From contig CAWBPM010000002.1 in NCBI GenBank assembly GCA_963790825.1, positions 618,815-682,814 of the forward strand: a DNA stretch of 64,000 bases, given 5' to 3'. Made by a program: the position numbers and the translations under genes. Origin of the DNA: Candidatus Levyibacteriota bacterium. Lineage in GTDB: Bacteria; Patescibacteriota; Microgenomatia; Levybacterales; UBA12049. Below, piece after piece: positions 18,663 to 27,326 of the stretch. The notes under the pieces were generated by a model that saw only the letters and a list, made by a program, of their open reading frames with translations, did no database searches and was not told where the DNA came from. Each line of letters starts with the position of its first letter. Position 1 is the first letter of the stretch.

Positions 18663-18845
18663 TGAGGACGAGAAGCGAGCTGATTTAAGTTTTAAAATTT
18701 ATCCTTGCGTAATACTAACTGCCACCCTCCAGGTAGTCCAGCTTGACACCTATTCTTCCGTAGGTCAAACGGAAAACATCCCCAATATCTTCCCTTTTCA
18801 TTCCTGCCTATTTCTCCAAAAGAGTTCTTTGTTAAGCAAAGTTTT

Positions 18846-19592
18846 TTGTTGACTGGTCGCTTTGGTTGGGTTTATAATCCCTCCATGCCGGATGCAAGAG
18901 AACAATTAATACTGCCTCGCCTAGATCAAGTGCCATGTGTCCCGCCTAGTCCTGATGCGATTCCTCCTCGCGAATATCGGACGAGCCCGGAATATGAACA
19001 CTTACTTACTTCTACCTGGACTGTACTCGAAGATGCACAAAGAAATGCAAAAATTGATGGGTTTATTTGCGTATCGGAAACACAGGCAGGAAAAATAATT
19101 GCCTATTGGCAAGAAAGGCTTGACAGGTTTCGAGACAGATCAAGTACGCCGGAAAGTATCGGACCTCATTGGGCTCATTCTTTCAGAGAAAAACGAGAAA
19201 GAGCCACCTGGGCTGCTGCGTATGGTGATGAAGCGTTGAGGTTCCAAGCAGATTACTTAGGACAAAATTTTTACCACGCAACTTTAGAAAGAGGACTTGA
19301 TGAAACTGAACGAACTGAAGAGATAGACGGTGAGTCAAAAGATATAGGAAAAGATTATGACAGTATCGCTTTCACAAGTAGAAAAAACTATACTCTTCCG
19401 CCCGACCTTTATTTAACCTCCTTGGTTGGTGGTAAAGGAAAGTATCTATTTGATACAAAAAGTCATATACAAATTAGGGATGGAAGAATAGTCAGCTTTC
19501 AAAGAACTGAAAGGAGTAGAGAAAAAGCAGATGAGAAGTCAGAGTACTTTAAAAACTTTGAGGGCAATATTTCCCTTAGTGTCGATGTGTAA
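18846..19592 (+). CDS. hypothetical protein (248 aa)
   Basis: ORF track; no motif recognised. Confidence 0.45.
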   Translation: MLTGRFGWVYNPSMPDAREQLILPRLDQVPCVPPSPDAIPPREYRTSPEYEHLLTSTWTVLEDAQRNAKIDGFICVSETQAGKIIAYWQERLDRFRDRSSTPESIGPHWAHSFREKRERATWAAAYGDEALRFQADYLGQNFYHATLERGLDETERTEEIDGESKDIGKDYDSIAFTSRKNYTLPPDLYLTSLVGGKGKYLFDTKSHIQIRDGRIVSFQRTERSREKADEKSEYFKNFEGNISLSVDV

Positions 19593-19771
19593 CCCGAATA
19601 CCAAGAACCTAGATTCTATGATGATTCTTATGATGATTCTCTGGATGAAAGTTTAGATTAAATTTTAAAGAGAGCTAAATAAACTTATACGACCGCGGAT
19701 TTTTGGGCTTGTACTTCCACATAGATATAATCGCTCTACAAGTAATTTAAAACCAAAATTTTATTGACTTC

Positions 19772-20368
19772 CTACACTTGGCAATAGTCGCTGATTTGCT
19801 GGTAGAAAACGAATAGATACCAGATACTAAGTAGAAGAATGAGGAAAAGCAAAAAAAGCCGGCGCTTTTTTTGCTGGCGATCTAGAATATGGTACCAGCC
19901 GAAAAGTGAAAAAGCTTGGTACGAAATCCCCAACATAATACTTCGCAAGATAAACGGCAGATGCGGAGAAAAAAATATTTCAACCAGTGGAAGAAGCAAC
20001 AAAACTGTTAAAAGCGTAAGTGAATATTTCGTTTTTTTATTTCTGACAACATACCAGAATCCAAAAAGAAGCCCTGCTACGCCGGTCAGAGAAATAAATT
20101 GTATCAAGAACCGGACGTCAAAAAATTGCAGATAATCCTGCAGAAATTGGGCGGTAAAGAAAATCGGTTTGTTGTGGAAAATATGCGTGAGGAGAATTCC
20201 TGCTCCTTGATCATTATTCACTTCACCTACAAGTTGTATTAGTCCTTGATGATAATTCAAATGAAAAAGCTCACTGAAATTTCGGCACTTCCCCCACTGC
20301 GTCAGTGCCAAGACTTCATTAAGCCAGATAAGAAACAAATAAAAAATCATACTTATTGTAATTCCCAA
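19772..20368 (-). CDS. hypothetical polytopic membrane protein (198 aa)
   Basis: Overlaps the stop of the upstream glycosyltransferase by 16 nt, so it is probably co-transcribed. Confidence 0.45.
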   Translation of the reverse strand: MGITISMIFYLFLIWLNEVLALTQWGKCRNFSELFHLNYHQGLIQLVGEVNNDQGAGILLTHIFHNKPIFFTAQFLQDYLQFFDVRFLIQFISLTGVAGLLFGFWYVVRNKKTKYSLTLLTVLLLLPLVEIFFSPHLPFILRSIMLGISYQAFSLFGWYHILDRQQKKRRLFLLFLILLLSIWYLFVFYQQISDYCQV

Positions 20369-21888
20369 AACTGGGCGAAAATATCTTTATTCAAATTCGG
20401 CAAATACACGGTAGCAACCTTTTTACGTGAGGTATTTGATCCATAAAACGGACGGATGAACAGAACTTTCTGACCTTGCCAAGACGCCGGAGTCTGCCAG
20501 GAAGCAGCAGCAGCAATCGGTTTCAGATTACTGTCATAAAACTGAAAATAATACACTGCATCTGACAGTTGACTGTCGATAACAATGTGCGGGTATTGTT
20601 TTGCAAGTTTTGCAGTCTTAAAAACTACATCCCTGTATCCCCCGCCCCAATCCAACACATTAATTCTCGGATATTGGACGTAATAAAATTCCAAGTAACT
20701 GAGGAATTGGAAGGTGGCGATAATTATGGTGAGCAGCAAAAGATATATACGATATTTTCCTGCTTTTTGTAATGTATAAAAAATGCCAAGCGTAATAATA
20801 ATCACCATCGGAATAACCATGATAAGTACGCGTAACGTCTGCGGACTGGGCCTGGCAATTGCTGCCGGAAACGGCGACATTAAAAGTAAAAAAAGAAGAA
20901 TATACTTTACGACTCCCCTTTTCATTTGAAGCAGAAGATAAAGCCCAACGAGAAGAAATGGGAATTGCCAATACGGTAAAAGTCCAAAGCCGGAAATTTG
21001 GTGTCTGCCGATTCCGTCTCCTGCGTTAAACAAAAACGACAAAGAGAAAAATGACAGGTAATCTTTTAGGTAAACCATCGGATAGACAGTAGCTTGACCA
21101 AGTAAACTATTTTGCTGGAACTCTGAAAATGCCGATGTCGCTCCGAAGCGGCTCGAACCCTGCGGAGAAAGAGTAAAGAGAATATTCGGCATTACAAAAA
21201 TGAAGAAGAGTATCCCGCAGGTAATTATCGTTCTGTGAAGATTAGGAAGTAATTTATAAAATACGCCAATTATTATCAGAACAGTGACCGGCGTGCTAAT
21301 CCGATAGGTATGATAAGTGTATACGGTGAGAGCAAAAAGAAGAAAACTGCCGAGCAAGAATAAAAATCGTTTCTTCCTGCAAAAAAGTAACAAAAGATAC
21401 GAAGCGGTGAGATAGAGAAACGCGCCGAGTGTTACTTCAAATCCCGCCCGGGAAAATTGCAAATGCCAGGGAGAAATTGCAAGTAAAAACGCGGCGAGCA
21501 AACCTGCAGCACGAGGCGAAATCTGCATCTGTTTTTCATTTTTCAAAAGTAAGGCAAGTTCATAGACAAATAAATATAATACCAGGATTGTCAGTGTGCC
21601 CGAAAGTGCTGAGGTAAAGCGAACGGCGAATTCCGTTTTTCCAAAAACGCTCATTGCTGCTGCGGTCGAGTAAATGTACAGGGGCATTTTATAGTCGCCG
21701 AATGATTTAAATGCCAGAGGATAGCGCACGCCGAACTCATCTGCTCCGGTTTTAAGAATATCATAGGCATTGTTTCCGATTGACACCTCGTCGATATACA
21801 GCCCGGGCGGAACACTGGAAATTTTATAAAATCGCAGAAAGCCTCCGAGGAGAATGATGAGAAAAAGTAAAATAATCGTTTTTTTCAT
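20353..21888 (-). CDS. GT39/GT83-like (PMT/ArnT family) polytopic glycosyltransferase
   Basis: N-terminal TM helix followed by YIDEVSIGNNAYDIL.TGADEFG..YPLAFKSFGDYKMPLY (the DE-containing first periplasmic loop of PMT/ArnT enzymes). More than 10 TM helices, 511 aa. Confidence 0.6.
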   Translation of the reverse strand: MKKTIILLFLIILLGGFLRFYKISSVPPGLYIDEVSIGNNAYDILKTGADEFGVRYPLAFKSFGDYKMPLYIYSTAAAMSVFGKTEFAVRFTSALSGTLTILVLYLFVYELALLLKNEKQMQISPRAAGLLAAFLLAISPWHLQFSRAGFEVTLGAFLYLTASYLLLLFCRKKRFLFLLGSFLLFALTVYTYHTYRISTPVTVLIIIGVFYKLLPNLHRTIITCGILFFIFVMPNILFTLSPQGSSRFGATSAFSEFQQNSLLGQATVYPMVYLKDYLSFFSLSFLFNAGDGIGRHQISGFGLLPYWQFPFLLVGLYLLLQMKRGVVKYILLFLLLMSPFPAAIARPSPQTLRVLIMVIPMVIIITLGIFYTLQKAGKYRIYLLLLTIIIATFQFLSYLEFYYVQYPRINVLDWGGGYRDVVFKTAKLAKQYPHIVIDSQLSDAVYYFQFYDSNLKPIAAAASWQTPASWQGQKVLFIRPFYGSNTSRKKVATVYLPNLNKDIFAQFWELQ

Positions 21889-21933
21889 GCAAACACGACT
21901 ATTATATCAGGAGTGAAAGGAAAATGAGCGTAG

Positions 21934-22698
21934 TTATAACTCAATCCCTTGGTCGGTAATGAGGATTGTTTTACAGGCAATATCCGGCCTGGTAAAAAAA
22001 CGAGCCGGAATGTCTTCTTCTTTACCGGAATTAAAGGTTAATTTTAATGCTTGTTTTTTATCATCTCCGAATACTAAAATAAGGAGTACATCAATCATCG
22101 ACAGTCCCAAAAAAGTCATGCTGATCCGCTCTTGATACGTTGCATCAGGATACAGGTACGCACTCACCTGGTCTTGCTCCGACAATTCTGAATTCTGAAT
22201 TCTAAACTCTGAATTTCTGGCCAAAAGGCCTGCCGTATGTCCGTCTTTTCCGATTCCTAAAATAGCCAGACTATTTTGAAATGTTGCATGCATTCCTCGT
22301 ACGACCTGATCATAGTCTTCTGCCGTTTTTTTAAGGTCGGTTTCGGCAGTTATAATCGGAGAGAAACGAATATCCCGCATGTGGAAATAATTAAGCAGCC
22401 CCGAGTCTCTGATCATCGTTTCATTACTGTTCTCGTGAAATTTAGGGCTGAACCGTTCGTCAACTAATCCGACTGCTCCGGGTATCAATTTTTCCTCTTT
22501 GGCCAAGGTTTTGTAAAGCTCTTTTGGAGTATTTCCGCCGGAGAGAAACAAGGTTGTTTTTCTATCAACCAAAAGATAGAGGATTTCTTTACCCAGATCT
22601 AAGCCTTCTTCGCTACCATAAACCGGACAAACTAAAATTCCTGTATTTATAAACGACAAGATATTTTTCGTTTTCAGAAGTTGTATAACTTCTTTCAT
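21934..22698 (-). CDS. pgl: 6-phosphogluconolactonase
   Basis: LSGGNTPKELY and the LGIGKDGHTAGL signature of the 6PGL/NagB family. Carries an unusual in-frame insert NSEFRIQNSELS encoded by TRAATTY heptamer repeats. Confidence 0.75.
   Translation of the reverse strand: MKEVIQLLKTKNILSFINTGILVCPVYGSEEGLDLGKEILYLLVDRKTTLFLSGGNTPKELYKTLAKEEKLIPGAVGLVDERFSPKFHENSNETMIRDSGLLNYFHMRDIRFSPIITAETDLKKTAEDYDQVVRGMHATFQNSLAILGIGKDGHTAGLLARNSEFRIQNSELSEQDQVSAYLYPDATYQERISMTFLGLSMIDVLLILVFGDDKKQALKLTFNSGKEEDIPARFFTRPDIACKTILITDQGIEL
22184..22218. repeat. Five tandem imperfect heptamers (AATTCTG AATTCTG AATTCTA AACTCTG AATTTCT) embedded in-frame in pgl
   Basis: Same TRAATTY motif as the intergenic heptamer elements. 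Translated on the minus strand as part of pgl. Confidence 0.6.
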
Positions 22699-23882
22699 GG
22701 CTTTGCAAATTGTTGCGCGATATCTTTATAGGTGATCAGAATAATAAGCAGCAGAAGAATCGCCATACCGACCTGGTGAATGTAGCCTTCTATTTTCGGA
22801 TTAACTTTCCGACCGGTCACTCCTTCCAGAAGAATAAAAAACAGTCTTCCCCCGTCAAGTGCGGGAATCGGCAGTATGTTGAAAAATGCCAAAGAGATTG
22901 ACAAAATACCTGACAGATTGAGAATCTGAAGAATCCGCTCTTTCATGTTGGGAATTTGCACTATCGTACCGACCAGCGAATAGATGCCGACCGGTCCTGA
23001 AACACCCTGGCTGATTGGCGCTGCGTTTCTTTCTTTGATAGAGACACTGAGGAGCTGTCCCAAAACGTCGAAATTATAGAGCATAAGATTTATCGGATGG
23101 ACAATTCCGGACAATGCTTTTTCTACCGGTGTTTTATAGCTTAATTCGATGCTTTCTGCCGGGAAAAATGCCACGCCTAATGCCCCCTGGTTCTTGGGAG
23201 GATTTACCCTGGGCGTTACACTGCCCGAGTAGGTTTGATTAGTCTCCAGATTTTGCCAGGCAATAGTTATTTTTTTTCCCTTATCTGCCTGTACAATTTT
23301 TACAAATTCGTCAGGACTGGTAACATTTATGCTATTTAGCGAAGTAATTCTTGAATTGACTTGGATACCCGCCATCTCTGCCGGTGAATTTTTCTCTACC
23401 TCACTTACTATAATATCCGATCTTTTCTGCTGCTCAACCAGGAAGAACTTGTGATCGCCGAGAAGCGGCAGCTCCGTATGAAAACTAGAGATAAACATAA
23501 ACGCATAGTAAATCAGAATTGCCAGAATCGCGTTCATAATAACGCCGGCTATGACGACTGCCGCACGTTGACCAACCGACCGAGTGTAAAAAGCCCGCTT
23601 TTCGTCTTCCTTGTTTTTTGTTTCTGTTTTCTCTTCCGCAGGTCCGATTCTTCCTGCCCCTGCTTCATCTTCGCCGTAAAGTTTTACGAATCCGCCAATC
23701 GGCAACCAGTTAATCGAATATTCCGTCTCTCCCCTTTTAATGCTGAATGCTTTGGGTGGAAAGCCGAATCCGAATTCCTCAACTTTTATTCCCAATTTTT
23801 TCGCAACAAAAAAATGTCCCGCTTCGTGGATGAGAACGAGAACCGATAGAATGATGAGAAACGTAATTGCGGTAAGTAGCAT
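22695..23882 (-). CDS. rseP: RIP metalloprotease RseP (site-2 protease)
   Basis: HEAGHF zinc motif in the first TM helix, a central PDZ domain, and a C-terminal LDGG motif (ALDGGRLFF). Confidence 0.85.
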   Translation of the reverse strand: MLLTAITFLIILSVLVLIHEAGHFFVAKKLGIKVEEFGFGFPPKAFSIKRGETEYSINWLPIGGFVKLYGEDEAGAGRIGPAEEKTETKNKEDEKRAFYTRSVGQRAAVVIAGVIMNAILAILIYYAFMFISSFHTELPLLGDHKFFLVEQQKRSDIIVSEVEKNSPAEMAGIQVNSRITSLNSINVTSPDEFVKIVQADKGKKITIAWQNLETNQTYSGSVTPRVNPPKNQGALGVAFFPAESIELSYKTPVEKALSGIVHPINLMLYNFDVLGQLLSVSIKERNAAPISQGVSGPVGIYSLVGTIVQIPNMKERILQILNLSGILSISLAFFNILPIPALDGGRLFFILLEGVTGRKVNPKIEGYIHQVGMAILLLLIILITYKDIAQQFAKP

Positions 23883-23940
23883 TGAGTATTAATTATAGCA
23901 TGTTTAGCATATGAGAGACAGGGAAAGTGTATTAAGTATT

Positions 23941-24112
23941 ATGTAGTAAAAATTCTTCTCTGTTGAGTTTCCGTTGTATTTTTTCGCAGAGACGAATGCT
24001 ACTTAAAAAGTAGGTAAGCTAAAAGACGGTGCGAGTGAATAAGCACCAGTATGAATAGTTTGTTCTAGGTAGGTCTCAAGAAAAAATGCAGAGGAAACGA
24101 AAATAGTTAGGT
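23941..24112. repeat. Mosaic intergenic repeat, copy A
   Basis: Contains module 1 (AATTCTTCTCTGTTGAGTTTCCGTTGTATTTTTTCGCAG, 23951-23989) and module 2 (TAGGTCTCAAGAAAAAATGCAGAGGAAACGAAAATA, 24070-24105). Both recur at 30029-30274, and the TTTTTTCGCA..GACGAATG..TAC core recurs at 44973-44998 and 45892-45918. Confidence 0.7.
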
Positions 24113-24134
24113 CGATTAGAAATTAGCAATTCTC

Positions 24135-24716
24135 CTACATGGCCATCAGTTCCGATTCTTTCTGTTTTCCCAAATTTTCAATCGTTTGACTCGTTTCATC
24201 GATAAACCGCTGCAGATCTTTTTCAAGTCGCATTTTATCATCATCCGAAATCGTTTTTTCATCATGCTGCTTTTTAATTTGCTCCATAATTTCATGCCTG
24301 ACTTGACGGGCCATAATCCGTCCGTTTTCGAGTTTGTGTTTCATGAGTTTTGCCAGTTCTTCCCGCCTTTCCTGCGAAAGCGGCGGCAGACTAATCCGGA
24401 TCAGCGTACTATCCACCACAGGATTCATGCCGACATTGGCATCCTGTATACCTTTTGCAATTTCATGAATAATCGATTGGTCATACGGAGTAATGACGAT
24501 TGTCTGCGGATCAGTGGTGCCGACTGTCGCCAGTTCAACTATTTTCATCACCGTAGTTCCACCATAAACTTTAACTACAACATTTTCAACCAAAGACGGC
24601 GCTGCTCTGCCTGTGCGGATCGTTCCAAGATCGGTTTTCAATACATCTAAAACTTTCTGAAGCCTCTGTTTTGCCTCGTCAAGAATATCTCTATCCATAG
24701 CCCCAGTATACACCAT
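24135..24716 (-). CDS. frr: ribosome recycling factor
   Basis: 193 aa with the characteristic central and C-terminal RRF helices (…IRISLPPLSQERREEL…KDLQRFIDE…). Confidence 0.9.
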   Translation of the reverse strand: MVYTGAMDRDILDEAKQRLQKVLDVLKTDLGTIRTGRAAPSLVENVVVKVYGGTTVMKIVELATVGTTDPQTIVITPYDQSIIHEIAKGIQDANVGMNPVVDSTLIRISLPPLSQERREELAKLMKHKLENGRIMARQVRHEIMEQIKKQHDEKTISDDDKMRLEKDLQRFIDETSQTIENLGKQKESELMAM

Positions 24717-24768
24717 TTGAAAAAATTAAAGAAGAGAGTTTTTGGGAAGTATCTGCCCGATTTACTGG

Positions 24769-24796
24769 TTGACAGGAGAAAAATTTGTGCTATTAA
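24769..24796 (+). promoter_or_regulatory. sigma70-like promoter candidate (TTGACA-16 nt-TATTAA)
   Basis: TTGACA at 24769-24774 and TATTAA at 24791-24796, 22 nt upstream of the ATG at 24818. Confidence 0.4.
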
Positions 24797-24817
24797 GAGA
24801 TGATCAATTACTGATAG

Positions 24818-25411
24818 ATGGAAAAAGGTCGCTTTACGCCAGAACAATCCGCTCCTATTCCACATACTCTGCGAATGGGTGAGGTTTGGACGCCATTTCG
24901 GGAAGGACAATTCCCCGTTGATCAGCTTGCATTCAGAATACAACTTCCGATTATGTATGAAGGTTATCCGGGCAATGTTGTTCTTGAAAGGACAACCAGA
25001 GATACAGGAACTAAAGCAAAAAAAACCACCACTATCCAAGCAGCATTCCCTGACATTGGCAGAAGGGATCCTTTTAGAAAAGAACTCGATAATACTGTTT
25101 TAAGTGTCGTAAATCCCCAAGAAGATACAGTACTGACTTTTCAGGAGGCGACTGAAGAGCATACCAGCGGTGTAATATCCCCTTCGGAAGTTTTATATTC
25201 ATACCGGGACGCAGCGATGAAGCATACCGAAATTGAAGTGATGAGTGCCTCGGATTACGTTCGTTCACAGCAGGAAAAAAAACGACGTCGTTTACAAATC
25301 CAGAAACAGTTAGGAGAAGCATATGACCATCTTGATTGGGATTCACCAATAATTAATACCTTATATGAGAATGCAAAGGTACAGGTATTACGTCGCATAT
25401 TTTGCGTTTAG
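24818..25411 (+). CDS. hypothetical protein (197 aa)
   Basis: ORF track. Plus-strand promoter candidate upstream. Overlapping minus-strand ORFs are judged spurious. Confidence 0.4.
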   Translation: MEKGRFTPEQSAPIPHTLRMGEVWTPFREGQFPVDQLAFRIQLPIMYEGYPGNVVLERTTRDTGTKAKKTTTIQAAFPDIGRRDPFRKELDNTVLSVVNPQEDTVLTFQEATEEHTSGVISPSEVLYSYRDAAMKHTEIEVMSASDYVRSQQEKKRRRLQIQKQLGEAYDHLDWDSPIINTLYENAKVQVLRRIFCV

Positions 25412-25652
25412 TCGGATTAAGACCAATGTATTCGGGAAAACTATTCCGGGAGCTGGGAGAAGATGTACCGGATGTAGTGCAGGAGATGGTTATGAATAAT
25501 GAGATTGCATATTCCGAAGCTAGGTTTTTAGTGCCAAATAATAAACCTGTGCTATCGAAGTAATATAATTTCTCTACTAAAAGTATCTTTGTAATCATTT
25601 GACAATAGAACAATTCAACAATCTAACAATTTAATAATCTCCGTCCTCTCCC

Positions 25653-25717
25653 GTCATTCCCGAACCAATCGGATTTGAACTTTGAAATTATTTAGGAGTT
25701 AGTTCGTCAGCTGACGG
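25653..25717. repeat. Intergenic repeat module D (GTCATTCCCGAACCAATC) plus 12-bp palindrome CGTCAGCTGACG
   Basis: 16/18 identical to 30082-30099; palindrome at 25706-25717. Confidence 0.45.
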
Positions 25718-25799
25718 ATTAGAATTTAGAATTTGCCTAAACTTATAGGTCTTTTTAATCTCTTGTGTATCGCTGCTGAATTTACTACAATACAAGAGT

Positions 25800-26789
25800 A
25801 TGGTTTCCTGTGAAAGTCGGGTAGAAAAAGTAAAAGATCCTTACAAAATGAAGTCTCAAGAATTACAGGCTTTGGCTATGGATGAATCCGGAAAGTCAGA
25901 TGACAACCAGAAAAAATCCAGACTTCTTCGCGTTTCTAGCTCATGGCATAGAATTACCCAGACGCTAACCGAGTCCCGTACCAAACGGCGGATTGGCGGC
26001 GGTGTTGTTTTAGCATTAAATGTTTTAGCTTTTAAACAGCCGGAATTAGCCAGCGCTATAGGTATATTTTTAGGAGGTGCTGCCGGCGCAACAATAGCCG
26101 CTGATACGGATTTTACTGAGAAAATCAACGAGCGGCAGGTCGAGAAACAGGCAGAAAAACAAATTACAGCAGTTGAACCAGATAGACCGGTTCCCCACTC
26201 CATGCTGGTGGAAATATTTGCCTTGCATCCGGATGTTATTCCAGCTTCGGAAATTAGAGACTGGAGTATTAATTCGCGTCGTGCTGAGCGTAAATATCGT
26301 AAAGACATAAGACTTACCGCTTCGGAATCAGTCTTTGATCATGCCGCACATATGACTGGAAAATTAAGGGCAAATATTGGTCAAGCGAAACAAACAGTTT
26401 TAGTTGCTCAAGTGGAGGCACAAAAACACAGATCCGATCCTGAGTTTATGAAAGCAATAGCCTTTCGTAAAATTGGCGGCGTATCGGCAGGTGTAGTTCT
26501 GGGTGGATTGGGTGGGTTCGTTTCGGTAGGAATGTTAGGACCGATTGGCGGAGCTATTGCCGGCACTGCCGATGATGCCTATTTGGTAGCAAGACTTTGC
26601 GGCGAAGATATCCGGCATTTAGTACATAAATTTATTAAGTCCGGATCGGATGATCTCCCTTCCTCTCCTATCTACATTTCACCAATTAGTCAGGAAGTAG
26701 CAATAAATTCTGTTTTTAGTGCTGCCCGCGACATTGTGATTCCAATTCGTTCTGAAACATGTCCGAGACAAACAGTTAGAAGATTATAA
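25800..26789 (+). CDS. hypothetical protein with two glycine-zipper-like segments
   Basis: GGGVVLALNVL...IGIFLGGAAGATIAA and GGVSAGVVLGGLGGFVSVGMLGPIGGAIAGTA resemble glycine-zipper (GxxxG repeat) membrane segments. Confidence 0.45.
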   Translation: MVSCESRVEKVKDPYKMKSQELQALAMDESGKSDDNQKKSRLLRVSSSWHRITQTLTESRTKRRIGGGVVLALNVLAFKQPELASAIGIFLGGAAGATIAADTDFTEKINERQVEKQAEKQITAVEPDRPVPHSMLVEIFALHPDVIPASEIRDWSINSRRAERKYRKDIRLTASESVFDHAAHMTGKLRANIGQAKQTVLVAQVEAQKHRSDPEFMKAIAFRKIGGVSAGVVLGGLGGFVSVGMLGPIGGAIAGTADDAYLVARLCGEDIRHLVHKFIKSGSDDLPSSPIYISPISQEVAINSVFSAARDIVIPIRSETCPRQTVRRL

Positions 26790-26800
26790 AAAGAAGTGTG

Positions 26801-27259
26801 CTATTCGCCAATGGCGAACCTCGTGAAGCGTTTAATCGTAATATTTTCACCCAGTTTCCCGATCGTGCTTTTTATTAGTTGTTCAACCGTCACTGAGCTG
26901 TCCCGGATATATTCCTGCTTAAGTAATGCTTTTACCGATTCCGGTTTCATTGCGGCAATCTGCATTCCCAGTTCCCGCGCCAGTCTTTTGAAATCATCAG
27001 TTTTCGCGACAAAATCAGTTTCGCACAAGAGTTCAACCAAAACGCCAACCCTGCCGTTATGAATATACGAATCAATGATTCCTTGCGAAGTTTCCCGATT
27101 GGCTTTTTTCTCTGCTTTTTCGACCGATCGCTTTTTCAACCAAGCTAAAGCTTTTTCGAAGTTGCCGTTTGATTCCTCCAGGGATAAACGACAATCGGCA
27201 ATTGAAGCTGATGTCTCGTCGCGAAGTTTTTTCAGAATTTTTAAATCAACTTGTAGCAT
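26801..27259 (-). CDS. tsf: elongation factor Ts (short form)
   Basis: N-terminal UBA-like LRDETSASIADCRLSLEESNGNFEKALAWLKK, then GVLVELLCETDFVAKTDDF. Directly downstream of rpsB. Confidence 0.8.
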   Translation of the reverse strand: MLQVDLKILKKLRDETSASIADCRLSLEESNGNFEKALAWLKKRSVEKAEKKANRETSQGIIDSYIHNGRVGVLVELLCETDFVAKTDDFKRLARELGMQIAAMKPESVKALLKQEYIRDSSVTVEQLIKSTIGKLGENITIKRFTRFAIGE

Positions 27260-27326
27260 AGTTTCAAAGCGTATAGCTGCTAGCGGTTAACGTTTAGTAT
27301 TTTTTCTAAACGCTAGTCCCTAAACC

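Noticed and set aside
24647-25613. Minus-strand ORFs 24647-25039, 25074-25349, 25353-25613 overlapping the 24818-25411 plus-strand ORF
   Set aside because: They are short, fragmented and lack upstream signals. The plus-strand ORF has a TTGACA-N16-TATTAA promoter candidate, though it is itself only a low-confidence call.
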